Below, in pieces: positions 51,581 through 64,000 of a stretch of 64,000 bases of DNA. The notes below the pieces were generated by a model. That model ran no database searches. It was not told the origin of the DNA and saw nothing but the letters and a program-made list of their open reading frames with translations. Source of the DNA: Vicugna vicugna (Eukaryota). The DNA is taken from positions 248,001-312,000 of the forward strand of contig MU058054.1 of NCBI GenBank assembly GCA_013265495.1, read 5' to 3'. Positions within the stretch are counted from its first letter, which is position 1. Every line of letters begins with the position of its first letter. Both the position numbers and the translations under genes were made by a program.

Positions 51581-53053
51581 TAAGGGTAAGAGATTGAACC
51601 TAAGGCTGCGTATTGCTGGGGAGAGGGGTATATTTAGTGATTAACCTTAGGCTTTGCTAAATTAAGTTAGAAACTTAGGGATAACCAATAGAGGCTAGAA
51701 ATAGAACATAATTTCTAAACCAATGGAAAGGATAAAAGGTAAGAAAATTAATCTAATAGAGTGAAGAAAGGAGAAAAAAAGTAAAAAAAGTACTGTAGAG
51801 AAAAAGTATAAAACAGGATAGTGGGAAAGAATTCAAGTATATCAACAAGCAATAAAGAGAGATGATTAAAGTGATCAATTAAAAGAGTCTTACATAAAAT
51901 TAAAAACATCAATAGCAAAATGCAGAGATTCATTTAAAACAAAAGAACACAGAAATGGTGAAAACAAAGGGTTTGGAAAACACATGGCAGACAAATACTG
52001 ACCAGAAGAAGATAGCATGGGTATATTAATATCAGACAAAAATAAAATTTAAAGCAAAATATATACAGAGAGTCATTACATACAAATAAAAGAAACATTG
52101 TTAAGTGAAGATGTAACATTTTGATATAGGCCCCTGACATCACCACCTTAAAGCAAATACTGACAAAACTGCAAGGAGAAATATAGCCACAGATTCTAAT
52201 AGTAGGAGCTTTAACACAGCTTGTCCAGAAATTGAATAGATAAAGCAGATAAAAAATTAGTAAGGCCACGAAAGACTTAAATAATACAATGAACAAATCT
52301 GACCTAAAGGATGTAAAGATGACACTGCATTCAACAATTAGAGAATTACATTCCTTTCAGGCAAAGAGAGAACATTGAAAAAAACCTCCACGGTGCAGCA
52401 GAGCAGTCGCAGCAAATAATAAAGATCTGACATTATCCCAACCACGTTCTCTGACCACAATGCATGGAAAGTAGACGATTCAAGATAACAAAACGTCTCT
52501 GAGTATTTGCAAATAAAAAAATACTCCTAAAGCATTCATGGGTCAAAAAAGAAATCCTAACTGAAATTGGAAATTACTTGGGACTGAAGGACGAGGAAAA
52601 TACTGCATGTAAATACCTGAGGGATGCAGCTAAAGCAGTACTTAGAGGGCAATTTATAGTTTTATATGGCTACATTCAGGAAAAAAAAAACCTGGAAATT
52701 TACGAGTTAGATGTTCGATTCGACAAGTTATAAACAGAACAAAAAGTAAATCCAAAGAAAACAGAAAACTGAAAAAAAAAATGAACACCAAGGAATCAAA
52801 TAGAAAGATAGCAAAGAGATGGTCAAATCAATAAAATACTGGTCCTTGAAGAAGATTAGTAAAGAAGAACTAACCTCTGACAAAATCAGTAAAGAGAGGA
52901 CAAAAGCAAACATCATTAGGAATGAAAAAAAGGATATGTAACTACAAATCTAGCAAAAATTTTAAATAACACGGGTATACCAGATGAATGATATGAGGCC
53001 AAAGTAGCTGAACATGCAGAGTGATGACTTGTCAGCAGACACAGTGAGTCAGT

Positions 53054-53112
53054 GAGTGTGTGTGTGTGTGAGTGTGTGTGTGTGTGAGAGTGTGTGTGTG
53101 AGTGTGTGTGTG
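53054..53112. repeat. Interrupted (TG)n microsatellite
   Basis: (gt)n interrupted by ga units. Confidence 0.9.
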
Positions 53113-56100
53113 ACAGTGGGGGCAGTGGGAAAGGTGACAATGGTGGCAACTGGAAGGTGCCAATGAGCACTGACAAATCCTCATGCTGGCAGCTGAGTCA
53201 CAGGTTTCCAGCCCTGGTATCACACTTCTAACTTTTCAAAACACTGCATATCCATTGCCCCTTCTCGTTTCAAGAAGCATCCAATTAAGTAAGGGCTGCT
53301 ACCTCTTAAAATCTTAGTAAAAGCTTTTCTAGTTTCGTAATAAGGAGAAACAACCATTCACACAAAGACTGAAGCTAAAGTAGAGTTTTTTTTGATGATA
53401 CTAAATCAACAAAAGACACCAAGGAAAAGCTGCTAAAGACATCAGATGTCGAACTTTTGGGTAAATAACTTTAACTGAAGTGACTTCTTTTTTTCTTAAA
53501 TTCTTTTTTTTTTTTTTTTTTACTGTTTCCAGCTATGATACCCCAGAAATCTGAGCCTCACTCAATTCAGTAGAAAGGGCTACTGTCGGGGTGAGTGTGG
53601 GGGAGCTCAGGGGGCCAGCTGGGGCAGCCCTTTTGGAAAATTTGAAATAAAAGCATACTAAAGGCCAAAGCTACCAGGACTGGTCTATAAAATGCAGGAC
53701 TGAGAACTACCAGTGACCCGAGTTTCTGCTATCAGCGACCATTTTCCATCTGAAACTGCCCCCTCCTCTTTTTTTTTTTTCTACAGGAAATCCACAAAAA
53801 GGAAGCAAACCATTTGAAAATTCTGATCATTCTGTATCCCAGCCACAAATAAAAATCATCACCAGAGCCTACTTTTAGCCCTGAGCAATATTTTCTAAAA
53901 CAAAACACAAAGAACTGTGGTACTTAACTATTCAGTTATTGATTTACTGTGGTTTGCAAGGCAATGTTGAAGAAAATTAAAGCGTACAGAAGCCAGAAAT
54001 GAGTTTTCTGTGGTGGTGAGCGGTGTGGCCTGTGTTTTCTGAGGCCGCGTCGGCTGGTCGTGCACCCGATGAATGACTAAGGGGGCACACACGCCACCTG
54101 GTTACAAATTAGCTAGCAAAGGCCCTCCCTGCAGAGCCTCATGAAACCAAAGGACAAAGTTATTTAGTTCCAAACCTGCTGCTTCTGCTAGTTCTACTCC
54201 AATTTATAAGGAGACTTCAATTCAATCAAATCCAATACGGGATGCACTGTGAGGCGTCTACACGTCTGGCTCTGAATCTGGGTTTTGGAGCCTCAGGGCT
54301 CGTCTTGGCGCATTCATGGCTTATTTGGTTCCTTCAGCAAAATACCAAAACTTCAACAATTTCAAGTCTCCTCTGATTATTGAGTTAAGAGCAAAGTGGT
54401 CACGTGGTTTCAGACTCGGGCACTTACAGGCAACATTATGAGGCAGTGTGTTTCCCCCGTAAGCACTGTGCGTAACTACAGGGCACCGTAATTTGACACC
54501 CTCACCTAAGACTAGCAATCTGGAAGCTAAACCACAACTTGAACACTTCACTGTTAGCTAGTCCCTCAAGCCTTTATTCAAGACAATAAATAGCTTGGAA
54601 GGAAATTTTCTAAAACGCCAAATGCTGATGCGTGTCATCTGTTTAAGAGGATGGGGGCGTATATAATACGTTTAAGACCTTTAATCTGTGATCTTTTTTT
54701 AACGTTTTGATTTGAGAAAGAATAAGGCTCAGTTATCTGAATCATTTCCTTACAGAGTAGCTCATTCATGGAAGGTGGTGAACAGAACACTTGCTGCCCT
54801 TTTGAGTTTTGCAGCGTCCATGCTAAACACGGTGAGAGCTCGCGCTCCGCCGGCCGCCTGTCTGCAGCATCGCGTGATGTCACGGGGCAGACACACCTTC
54901 AGATCCTCCGAATTCAGCAAAGACGGATGAAGCCACTTAGGGCCCAAGTTTATCTTGGCTTCCTTTGGAGAGAGTTTGATTACTTCTAAGATTTATGGTC
55001 AAAGCGGAAGGAAAAAAGAAATACCTCACAGAGCAGATTTATAACCTCGTCTTGTTTTTATAATAACATTAAGGGATGACATCCTATGACAGGATCTGGG
55101 AATGACTGCAGGGCGACTTGGAAACTCGGTGGGAAGTTTTACATTTTGGGGTTTGGAGCATCTTGCGCTTGCAAAGGTCAGGAAGGAAAGGCCCAGGGAA
55201 ATGAGCCGGGGAGGCGGTCAGCGAGTGAGTGTCAGCTGGTCTAATTTTCTGTGTCAACTCTGAAAATTAGATAAACAATGACAAACCAGGCTTTTTAAAT
55301 GAACTTGTCACTTCTGGTTTTCTTGATACAAGGTAACATTTTTCAAGTCCTGGTAGCCCTAAAGACAGATTTAACCCCTGAGAGTGTAAGTGTTCTCAAG
55401 TCCCCACATTGGAAAATAAAAGGTTTACTCCAACCCTACCACCCTTACAAGAAGAACTAATTATCCTTGAAACTTAAATCCTTTTCTCCTAACAATTAAG
55501 GGGAATTTGCCTGCAGCCAAAAGGTCCAGCATGTGCAGGACAGTCTTAGTGACTTTCGATTTTTTCCTTCCATCATCTTGCTGGCAACTTCAGATCAACT
55601 CAACACATCAACGTACGTGGTCCCTTGATCTTTCGATCACTGTTCTAGGCAATACCGTCCCCACCTCAAGCAGGAGCTGGTTTGCCTCCCACTAACCCAG
55701 GGGAGCCCAGACTCCGTCCTGGGTCCGCCCCGCTTCTCTGCAGTCAAGACATGGGATAGATGAATTGCTCTGGTCTACAACTGGGCCGCAACATGCTCCC
55801 TGGTGGGGAGGGGGACAGATCAGCGAATCTTTTTTTATCAGCTGCCCTCATTGGCTTTGCCATAAGGATATTTATTTAAAGATAACACAGTATGAATATG
55901 TTGATTTGGAGAGAGAAATACATGTATTTCTACAGATACCAGCATCTGAGGAGCGTTTTTCATTCCACAGAGTGCTTTCAACCTCATTATCGAATTGAAC
56001 TGTCACAAAAATCCCCTGAAGTAGTGGGGATGGCATGACTGTTACTACCTCTTTGTGGATTCAAAAACCAGGTTCAGAGAAGTTAAGTGATTAGGCTAAA

Positions 56101-57939
56101 GAAGCGCTGGGGTTTGAACAGGACGTGTGCTCCAAAGCCTGCACCTTTTGTTACAGTATGTTTTTGTTTTGTTTTGTTCTGTTCTCATATGTTACGTTTG
56201 GTTGTGACAGATCCTAACAGCAATGTAACAGCTGACAGTTGTGCGCGCCGAGCCCACGCCAGATAGCAGTCAGGTGTTCTCACCCACACTACTTCACATG
56301 ACCTCCAGCCGTGGCAGAAGGAGATGCTAGCTCATTTTACAAGCAAAGACACTGGCGCTCCCAGCTGGTAAGGACTGTGCTTCAAGCTGAAGTCTCAACC
56401 CTAGGCGTGAACCCAGGTTCTTGGGGCTCGCGGGTCACTCTTGCCCGCACTCTACAGTTGGCAGAAACAGCCCTCCCCCCAACAAAGCACAGGTGCCAGG
56501 CTGCCTGGATCAAGGCACAGAGGAGGAATTCTAAGTCTCTGCCTCATCCCTCACTTCTCATGCCCTCTTCCTTTCTGATGGAGAAGAATCTCCTTTTTCA
56601 AAGTTCCCCAAGCTTCAAAACCACCTCTGCCGCCAGCTCACTGCTGATCATACCAACTCACAGGAAGGTACGAATAACACTTAAGGGCACTGGGACTGCG
56701 TGCGTCTGAGAAGATGATGCTTGCCCCGGCCCAGCTGCATCCCTGATCTCCTAGGTGATCGGAGCTCTTGGTGTGCGGTCTGCGTGGGCAGGGAATTCGC
56801 CTGCGGTTGCTGGAAGCCTGTGGATTTCATTCTCTATGGGGCAGCTTTCCCCGCTAGCTCTGGGGACTTCTCTGTCCTCTGTCAGACAAGGAGGGCAGCA
56901 CCCACTGGACAGGAGGGCTCTATGAAATTCCTAACACGGAGGTGCTCCTGGAAACAGCTCGATAGTCATGACCAGCAGTGGCCCAGACTTGGCAATACTT
57001 ACCACGCTTCTTTCCTGAGGAAGTTTTTATCACACCTAGCACATGCTCAGTGCCAAATCTGGAAGACACCAGACCGGCTCTCCTGACAGCTGCATGCAGT
57101 GTGGGTGGCCGGGCAGAGGAGGACGAGGGGCCGTGCTCTCCATGGATTAAAGACCCTCACCACTCACTGAGCGGCTCCTTCTCTGAGCCTCAGGCCTCAA
57201 CACCCGGCTTGCTCCCCCATTTAAAGCAGAAATGAGCAGACTTCCCCGAGTTCAGAATTCCGTGTAACTAAAACACAAAATAGAAAAAATGGAAACCCAA
57301 CTGTTGCACTTGTGCACAGCCTACAGACAAGACGGCAGTGCCCTCAGACAGCATTTCAAATACAGTTTATTAGTGTGTGATATGAAAAGGGTATTTTTAT
57401 TGCATGATATAATGCAATGGGACCTTGGGCGCTCTGTGGAAAGACCTCACACTCAGAAGTGTAATGAACCCGTAGTCCCCAAAACATTATACTGTACATT
57501 AACCTATCATTAATGGCACATTAGGGCCAGGGGCATTGCACGCTTGCTGGTCAGGGCTCCATCAGGACAGTGCTGAGAAAACCACACAGACGTCCCAGCT
57601 TAAAACAAACAGAGAAAATAAATATTCCTGCCATCTACAGGCAGCTTTAACGGAAGTTCAATCCCAGCTCGGCCCTGTAATTTCCAAGCCTGCCTTCTTA
57701 AGAGAGGAAGATGCACAACTGAACAAAAGAAGGAAATGAGCCTCTTGGAGTTCACCCGCAGCTACTGGCACTGCAGCCTCCAGGCTGGCTCGGCAAGGTC
57801 ACGAGCGGATGGGCACCTCTGGTAGCGCAGAAGGTGCCCACGGGACTCAGGCCTGGACCACGCTTGGCGAGGCAGAAGGGGTCTTGGAGATGGTGTGTCT
57901 ACCTCCCTGCGTCTCTAGATGGGCAAATCAAGGCTCAAA

Positions 57940-58420
57940 AAGATGAGGGAAGAGACAACCTATTCAACAGAAAAATGGGCAAAGTTATGTGCAAAAAATA
58001 CAAATGGCCAATAAAGATGAAAAAAAAAGTTCAACTTCATACTTAATGCAAATTAAAACAACCAGATCCCATTTATCGCTGATCAGATTGGGAAGGATTA
58101 AAGCCTGATACTTCAGTATGAAAAGAGGTGAGGGGAAGCTGGGGTCTCATACCCAGTTTATAAAGATGTGTATATACAGAGATGGTCACCAGCTTAATAG
58201 CAAAGATTTGGAAATGGCCAAAGTGTTCTATGGCAGGGTGCTGGTGAAATAAATATGGAACACCCATATTCCAGAACACCACGCAGCCACGAAAAAGCAT
58301 GAGACAGACTTTCACATGATACGGAAAGATTTCAAAGATATATTAAGTGAAAAAGCAAGGTACAGAGCAATAAAATTAAAAATTCTAGAAGGATACACAA
58401 GCTACCATTAACAGCACTTG
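57940..58420 (+). mobile_element. Old L1 (L1ME-like) 3' fragment
   Basis: aaaatgggcaaag..atacaaatggccaata..aatgcaaattaaaacaa..atattaagtgaaaaagcaag. Confidence 0.65.
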
Positions 58421-61400
58421 ACTCCGGAGATGGGGCTGGAGGCTTACTGTACATCCATCCTTCTGGACTATGGGAAATTGTAGCCATAATTTTAACACTA
58501 GTTTTAGAAAGTTAATGATGGGAGCAGGATCAAATGTTTTGGGGGAACTTTCTGTTTTCTAACTTCTATGCTAAGTGCTTTACCTTGTCTGAATTTTCAC
58601 AAAAAAACAGAAGCAGCACGGTGGTCACTATTATCCCCGTGCCATGAAGTGGGCACTGAAGTTTCGAGGGGTGACATAAAATTGTCCATGGTGACCCTCT
58701 TACCCACCTACTTTCAATAACGAAACAGGGTATTTGTAAAATAAAGAAAATCTTTGCAGACTCTGACACAGCCTAAGCCCACCTTTCACCTTGCCCAGGA
58801 CGGCAGTGACGGAGGAGGTGGGGGAGGAAGGCAGCCAATCAGCTGCTGACTTCGACTGGGATCCAATCACATTTCTGGAAATTTCCTGTCTCCACTTCAC
58901 CACAGGGGAGGGGGCCTAGGGACCCCAGGCTACCCACGCCGTTCAAGTCAACAATGCTTGGCAACCGGGGCTCAAACACACGAAGCGAAGTGTTTCCCTA
59001 ATTAAATGTGAATCAACTTCAAAGGAAACCCAGGTGCTGCTCCAGGGAGAAGTAGCTGTCTCGGACCAGCAGAATCACAAGGTGAGCCTGGGGGCCAGGA
59101 AGGATGCTGCAGCGCCCCCCCCAACCCTCGCCGCCGCCACCGCCGCCACCCCAGGACTGTGCCCAGTCTCGCGTTGCTGCAGGAGATTCGCTCTGTTTTC
59201 TCATTCCTCCATTCTTCCCAATAAAAGAGTCTTGTTATTTTCAGACAACCGAAATTTGCAGCAACATTTTAAAATGCTAGATTTTATTTGTCCTAGGGTC
59301 TGCCAACACACGCGGTAATTAAAATGTTGATTAGTAAACAGTTTAAATATATGACAGACAATGCAGTTAAAGCCTACAGTTAGGTCAATATGTGATTTAG
59401 ATTTGCCATTTAAAAAATCTCATTTAAATTTTGCATACATTAATCACTACCATACTTCAAGGTTCTGATATCCACCTGACTACAATATTAAAATAAAACT
59501 TGCTGCCCCAGGGAAATCCTACTTATTCTTAATTGTTTCGAGGCTTTGATGGGCTTTTAATCTAAGATTAATTTATGCAATTTTAAATAACTCTTCTTAT
59601 GATTAATAAGCTTGAAAATTAAAAGGAGTCTAAAGCAATTATAATGAGCATTTGGTCATAACCTCATTAGAAGAAGGAGTGAAGGATACAGCTCTGGAAT
59701 TCTTACAAGACTACAATTTAAGGTTACTTTTAGAGAAGTCACACGTAGTTCCTGAAATTGCAAAGGCAGGTTAGCAAAGGTCAGTGTTAAAATGACGGCT
59801 AGCTAGATTAGCATACTAATGATTTTCCCCGATAGTGACAGAAAGGACACTGCAAAGAAGATGCAGAAAGAGAGACAAATGACACGCTGCCAAGAAGCTA
59901 CAGGCGCTGAACTCGGCTTCCTATTCTCTTGGCTGGAGACCTTCATGGAGAATTTCAGAAACAGCCAGGGGGTGAGGACATCCCTACTCATAAATCAGTT
60001 CCAGCCAGAGAGTCCGGCCCACGTGGGGCAAGCCGAGATCAGTCCTGTGTGTCCCCTTTGCCTGCAGTGGTGGAGCCTCGTGTAGCCACTACCCGGCTTA
60101 AGAGTCGACAGCAGCCTAGGGCAGCCGCACTCCTCTTCGGTGTGCAAAGCCCTTCCCGGCTGGATCCGCCCCGCCCAGCTAACTTCACTCCCTTCGATCC
60201 CAAGGGCCTTCTCTGCTTTGGCCAGGGTGTGTTCCTCACGGTCCTGGTTCCTCTGGTCTCAGACTGTGCTGTTCCTTCTTCCTGAGATACCTTCCCTCTT
60301 GCTATCAGCAGTGCCGATGATAACATAATGGTAACCGTTTATTGAGCACTTGTTTTACGCCAGACGGTGTGCTGAGTGTGCAACACATTTTCATCTCACT
60401 CTTAAAATCTCCCTTTCGTGAGACCCTCATTTTCATAGGTAAGGAACCTGAAGCTGAGAGAGGCGTGATGACATATTTGAAATTGAGAAGGCAGCTAATA
60501 GAGGCGTGGGGGGATGGGGTGGGTGATGGGGGTGACTGGGAGGAGCTGGCTCTCCGTTGATCCACTGCTGTCTAATTCCCACGTTCAGACAGATGTTAAC
60601 AATCCTCCAGGTCTGGCTGGAGCTGAGATGCCTCCTGTGACGACGGAGCCCGTCGGCCGCCCTGCTCTGAGCCCTCACACCGTGCAAGTCAGCACGGCCC
60701 ATCCCGCCTTCTCTGAATGTCTCCCGTGGGTGTGTCCAGTCTGCTCCTTGAGGACCTGGCTGTCTCTTATATTCCTTTTGAACCCATCACAGCACCCCAC
60801 GGACAACAAATACTTGATTAACTGATGGTTTCACAGTAATTCCCTCCACAAGATGCTCATTATGTTTCACGGGTAACACAGACAGACACAAAGGTTAAGG
60901 CTTTCCCATGACTGGGGAGGAATAACCCACAGAGGTCTGCCCACCTCTGAGAAATTACCAATCCATTAGACACTAGCTGTAAATGTCCAACATACATATA
61001 CTTTGTTCTAAGGCACATCGAGTTCCACTAAACACACTTGTCTTCTAAGAAACTGCTAGCCAGACATGTCCAGGAACACGAGACAGATGAGACAGATCAT
61101 GACTCAAAGACTGAGTGTCCCACATGTGCCCGGCACTTTACAATTTACAAACACACTTTCACAAACCCTATTTTATTAGGGAAGAAACCTCATCCTTCAA
61201 GATTGGTAACACTACCCCCATTTTATAGATGAGAAAGCTGAGGCTTGGATAAGCTAAGTGAGTAACTACTGATTACCCAGTTTCACAGAGGCAGAGGCTG
61301 CACCTGAAACCATGCCTTCTGATACCCAGACCAGTGCTCTTCTCAGTGTCCCGTCGCTTCCTGTCTCATGTTCACGACAGACTAGAGCTGGAGTCCATCT

Positions 61401-61744
61401 TCAGCCTCCCCAGACTTCAGATGCAGAGGACAGAGCACATCTTGCCAGTCATCGGCCACACCACCCCCACCCCACCTTTCCAGCTCTATGGCCTGGGGTA
61501 CAGAAACGAGCGAGGTCACAGCTCCACACCTGTGCTCTTGTTCCTCTGATTCCCCTACTGCCTGTGCTGGCGTGGACACCTGCAGGCCATCGTCCCAGCC
61601 TTAGTCTCCCTTTTGCCTTCCAGAGGGACCCAGATCTCTGTCTGGCTCCCTATTCTGTGAGACCAGGCTACTTCATTCACATGTCTCTTAAGGCACTCAA
61701 CAGTTTGGCTTCTATATCATTTAGTACTCCCTCCCGCCTCTAGT

Positions 61745-62800
61745 TTTATCGAGATATAGTTGCCATACAGCACTGTGTTAAGTTTTAGGTGTAGATGTGA
61801 CTTACATATATTGTGAAGTGGTTACCACAGTAAGTTAACACCCATCATCTTATACAGGTACAAAAGAAAAGAAAAAAATGTTTTTCCTTGTGAAGAGAAC
61901 TCTCAGAATTTACTCTCTTAACAACTTGCAAATATACCACACAGCAGTGTTAACTACAGTCATCAAGTTGAACATGACATCCCTAGTATTTAGTTATCTT
62001 ATAACTGGAAGTTTGTACTTTTTGACTACCTTTTCCAATTGCTCCTTCCTCTACTGCTAGTAACCACAAATTGGTTTTCTATAATATATTTATTTTTTAA
62101 GATTCCACATATAAGTGAGATTATACAGTATTTGTCTTTCTGTCTGACTTATTTCATGCAGCATAATGCCAGGCTGTTGCTAATGGCAGGATCTCCTTTT
62201 TTTATGGCTGGATAATATTCCATTGCATGTGGGAGTATCTAGTATCATACAACTTCTTTATCTGTGCGTCTGCTGACACTTAGGTCGTTTCCATGTGTTG
62301 GCTATTATAAGTAATGCTGCTATGAACATGGGGGTACAGACATCTCTTTGAATAGTGTTTTGTTTCCTTCAGATATAATCCTGGAACAGGAAATGCTGAA
62401 TCATACGGTACTTCTATTTTTCATTTTTTGAGGAACTTCCATATTGTTTTCCATAGTGGCCTTACCAGTTTGCAATCCTACCAACAGTGCACAAGGGTTC
62501 CCTTTTCTCCACATCCTCACCAACATTTGTCATCTCTTGTCTTTTTGATGACGGCCATTCTAACAGGCATGAGGTGACATGTTACTGTGGTTTTTGATTT
62601 ACATTTCCCTTATGATTAGTGATGTACCCATTGGTCATTTGAATATCTTCTTTGGAAAAATGTCTATTCAGGTCCTTTGTCCATTTTTTAATTGGTTTGT
62701 TTGTTTATTTATTGCTATTGAGCTGTATGAGCTCTTTATATATTTGGGATATTAACCTCTTATCAGATAAACAATTGCAAATTTTTTCCCCCCATTCCAA
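61745..62800 (-). mobile_element. L1 3' end (L1MA-like)
   Basis: Antisense ORF2-end and 3'UTR motifs (gattccacatataagtgag, ccaacagtgcacaagggttccctttt). Confidence 0.85.
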
Positions 62801-63307
62801 ATGAAAGACTGTCTTTCACTTAGTTCTTTCTGATCGTCTCTTCAAGAGACATGACTGAACGGCTACTTGGGGCCGTGCACAGTGCCAGCTGCGGGGGATG
62901 CAGTGGTTGTGAGAAAGCCTCGCTTTCTCACTGCGCTGTAAGCTCCTGGAAGGCAAGATGAGTATTTCCTTAGCCTCTGTATTTCCAACTCCAGTACTTG
63001 GTCTGGGAGCTGCTTGTTCCTGGTTTGCAAGGAGAGAAGGAGCTATGGCCACAAAGTGCATCCGCACACAGCCTCGCCACTGAGAAAGTTTTGCTACCAA
63101 AAAAGAATGTCAGCCGAATTAAACAGAAGACTTTGAGACATGCTTAATTTATATTCTGGCACAAACTCCTTATTTTGTGTTCAAGTTCAGATACTACCAC
63201 TAGCCCAAAGTCCGTATTTGAGTAGCAATAAACGAGAGCATCTAGCAAGATATTCTGTGTATACAATGTGCTCAATAAGGTTTGCTGAGTTAAAAGAAAT
63301 TTCTCCC

Positions 63308-64000
63308 AAGGGAACCCTCCTACACTGCTGGTGGGAATGCAGTTTGGTGCAGCCACTGTGGAAAACAGTATGGAGATTCCTCAAAAGACTAAAAATAGAC
63401 TTACCATATGACCCAACAATCCCGCTCCTGGGCATATATCCAGAGGAAACCCTAATTCAAAAAGACACCTGCGTCCCAATGTTCATATCATAGCAGCTTA
63501 CAATAGCCAAGACATGGAAACAGCCTAAATGTCCATCAACAGATGACTGGATAAAGAAGTCGTGGTATATTTATACAATGGAATACTACTCAGCCATAAA
63601 AAAGAATAAAATAATGCTATTTGCAGCAATGTGGACGGCCCTGGAGTATGTCATTCTAAGTGAAGTAAGCCAGAAAGAGAAAGAAAAATACCATATGATA
63701 TCACTCATATGTGGAATCTTAAAAAAAAAGAAGGAGAAGACAAATGAACTTAAATATAAAACAGAAACAGACTCACAGACATAGACTAGAGACTGTGGTT
63801 GCCGGGGGGAGCAGGGTGGGAAGGGACAGACTGGGAGTTCGAGATTTGCAGATACTAACTGGTATATATAAAATAGATTAACAAGTTTCTACTGGATAGC
63901 ACAGGGAACTACATTCAAGATCTTCTAGTAGCTCATGGTGAAAAAGAATATGAAAATGAATATATGTATGTTTATATAAAACTGACTGGAAAATTGTGCT
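63308..64000 (+). mobile_element. Young 5'-truncated L1 (ORF2 C-terminus and 3'UTR), runs off the window
   Basis: KGTLLHCWWECSLVQPLWKTVWRFLKRLKIDLPYDPTIPLLGIYP and MEYYSAIKKNKIM are ORF2 C-terminal peptides. Confidence 0.92.

Larger units (their letters stand above)
49850..52985 (+). mobile_element. Old degraded L1 (ORF1 and ORF2 endonuclease region remnants)
   Basis: A-rich plus strand with L1 motifs (acacccagacaaattg, atattaatatcagacaaaata, ttctctgaccacaatgca, gggatgcagctaaagcagtacttagagg). Confidence 0.75.

Noticed and set aside
40924..64000. Penultimate MAP2K5 exon (..MRKQPKERPAPEELM)
   Set aside because: Not found by eye. It presumably lies beyond the window.

Overview
Mammalian genomic DNA, most likely camelid based on two Vic-1-like tRNA-derived SINEs, covering the MAP2K5-SKOR1-RNU6 locus. 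Left to right: an RPL29 processed pseudogene (-); an intact U6 snRNA gene with a full type-3 Pol III promoter (+, 9530-9636); the complete SKOR1 (LBXCOR1/Corl1, Ski/Sno-family co-repressor) gene on the minus strand, reconstructed by hand as 8 coding exons, 2781 nt, 926 aa, lying in large CpG islands; and the last coding exon and 3'UTR of MAP2K5 (-, 40819-40923), whose last intron fills the rest of the window. The remainder is L1, L2, MIR and MaLR repeats and AT-rich, TAAT-dense candidate enhancers. I see no new multi-gene system. The most notable observations are regulatory or evolutionary: (i) the SKOR1 upstream exon encoding MALLCGLGQV is MIR-derived and is out of frame with the main ORF here; (ii) two REST/RE1-like sites in the SKOR1 5' region; (iii) three perfect Pumilio elements within 170 nt of the SKOR1 3'UTR; (iv) a compacted SPH/octamer enhancer in the U6 promoter; (v) nested and ultra-truncated retrotransposon insertions. 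Gene identities and human comparisons come from recalled sequences, not database searches. Repeat subfamily names and boundaries are approximate.
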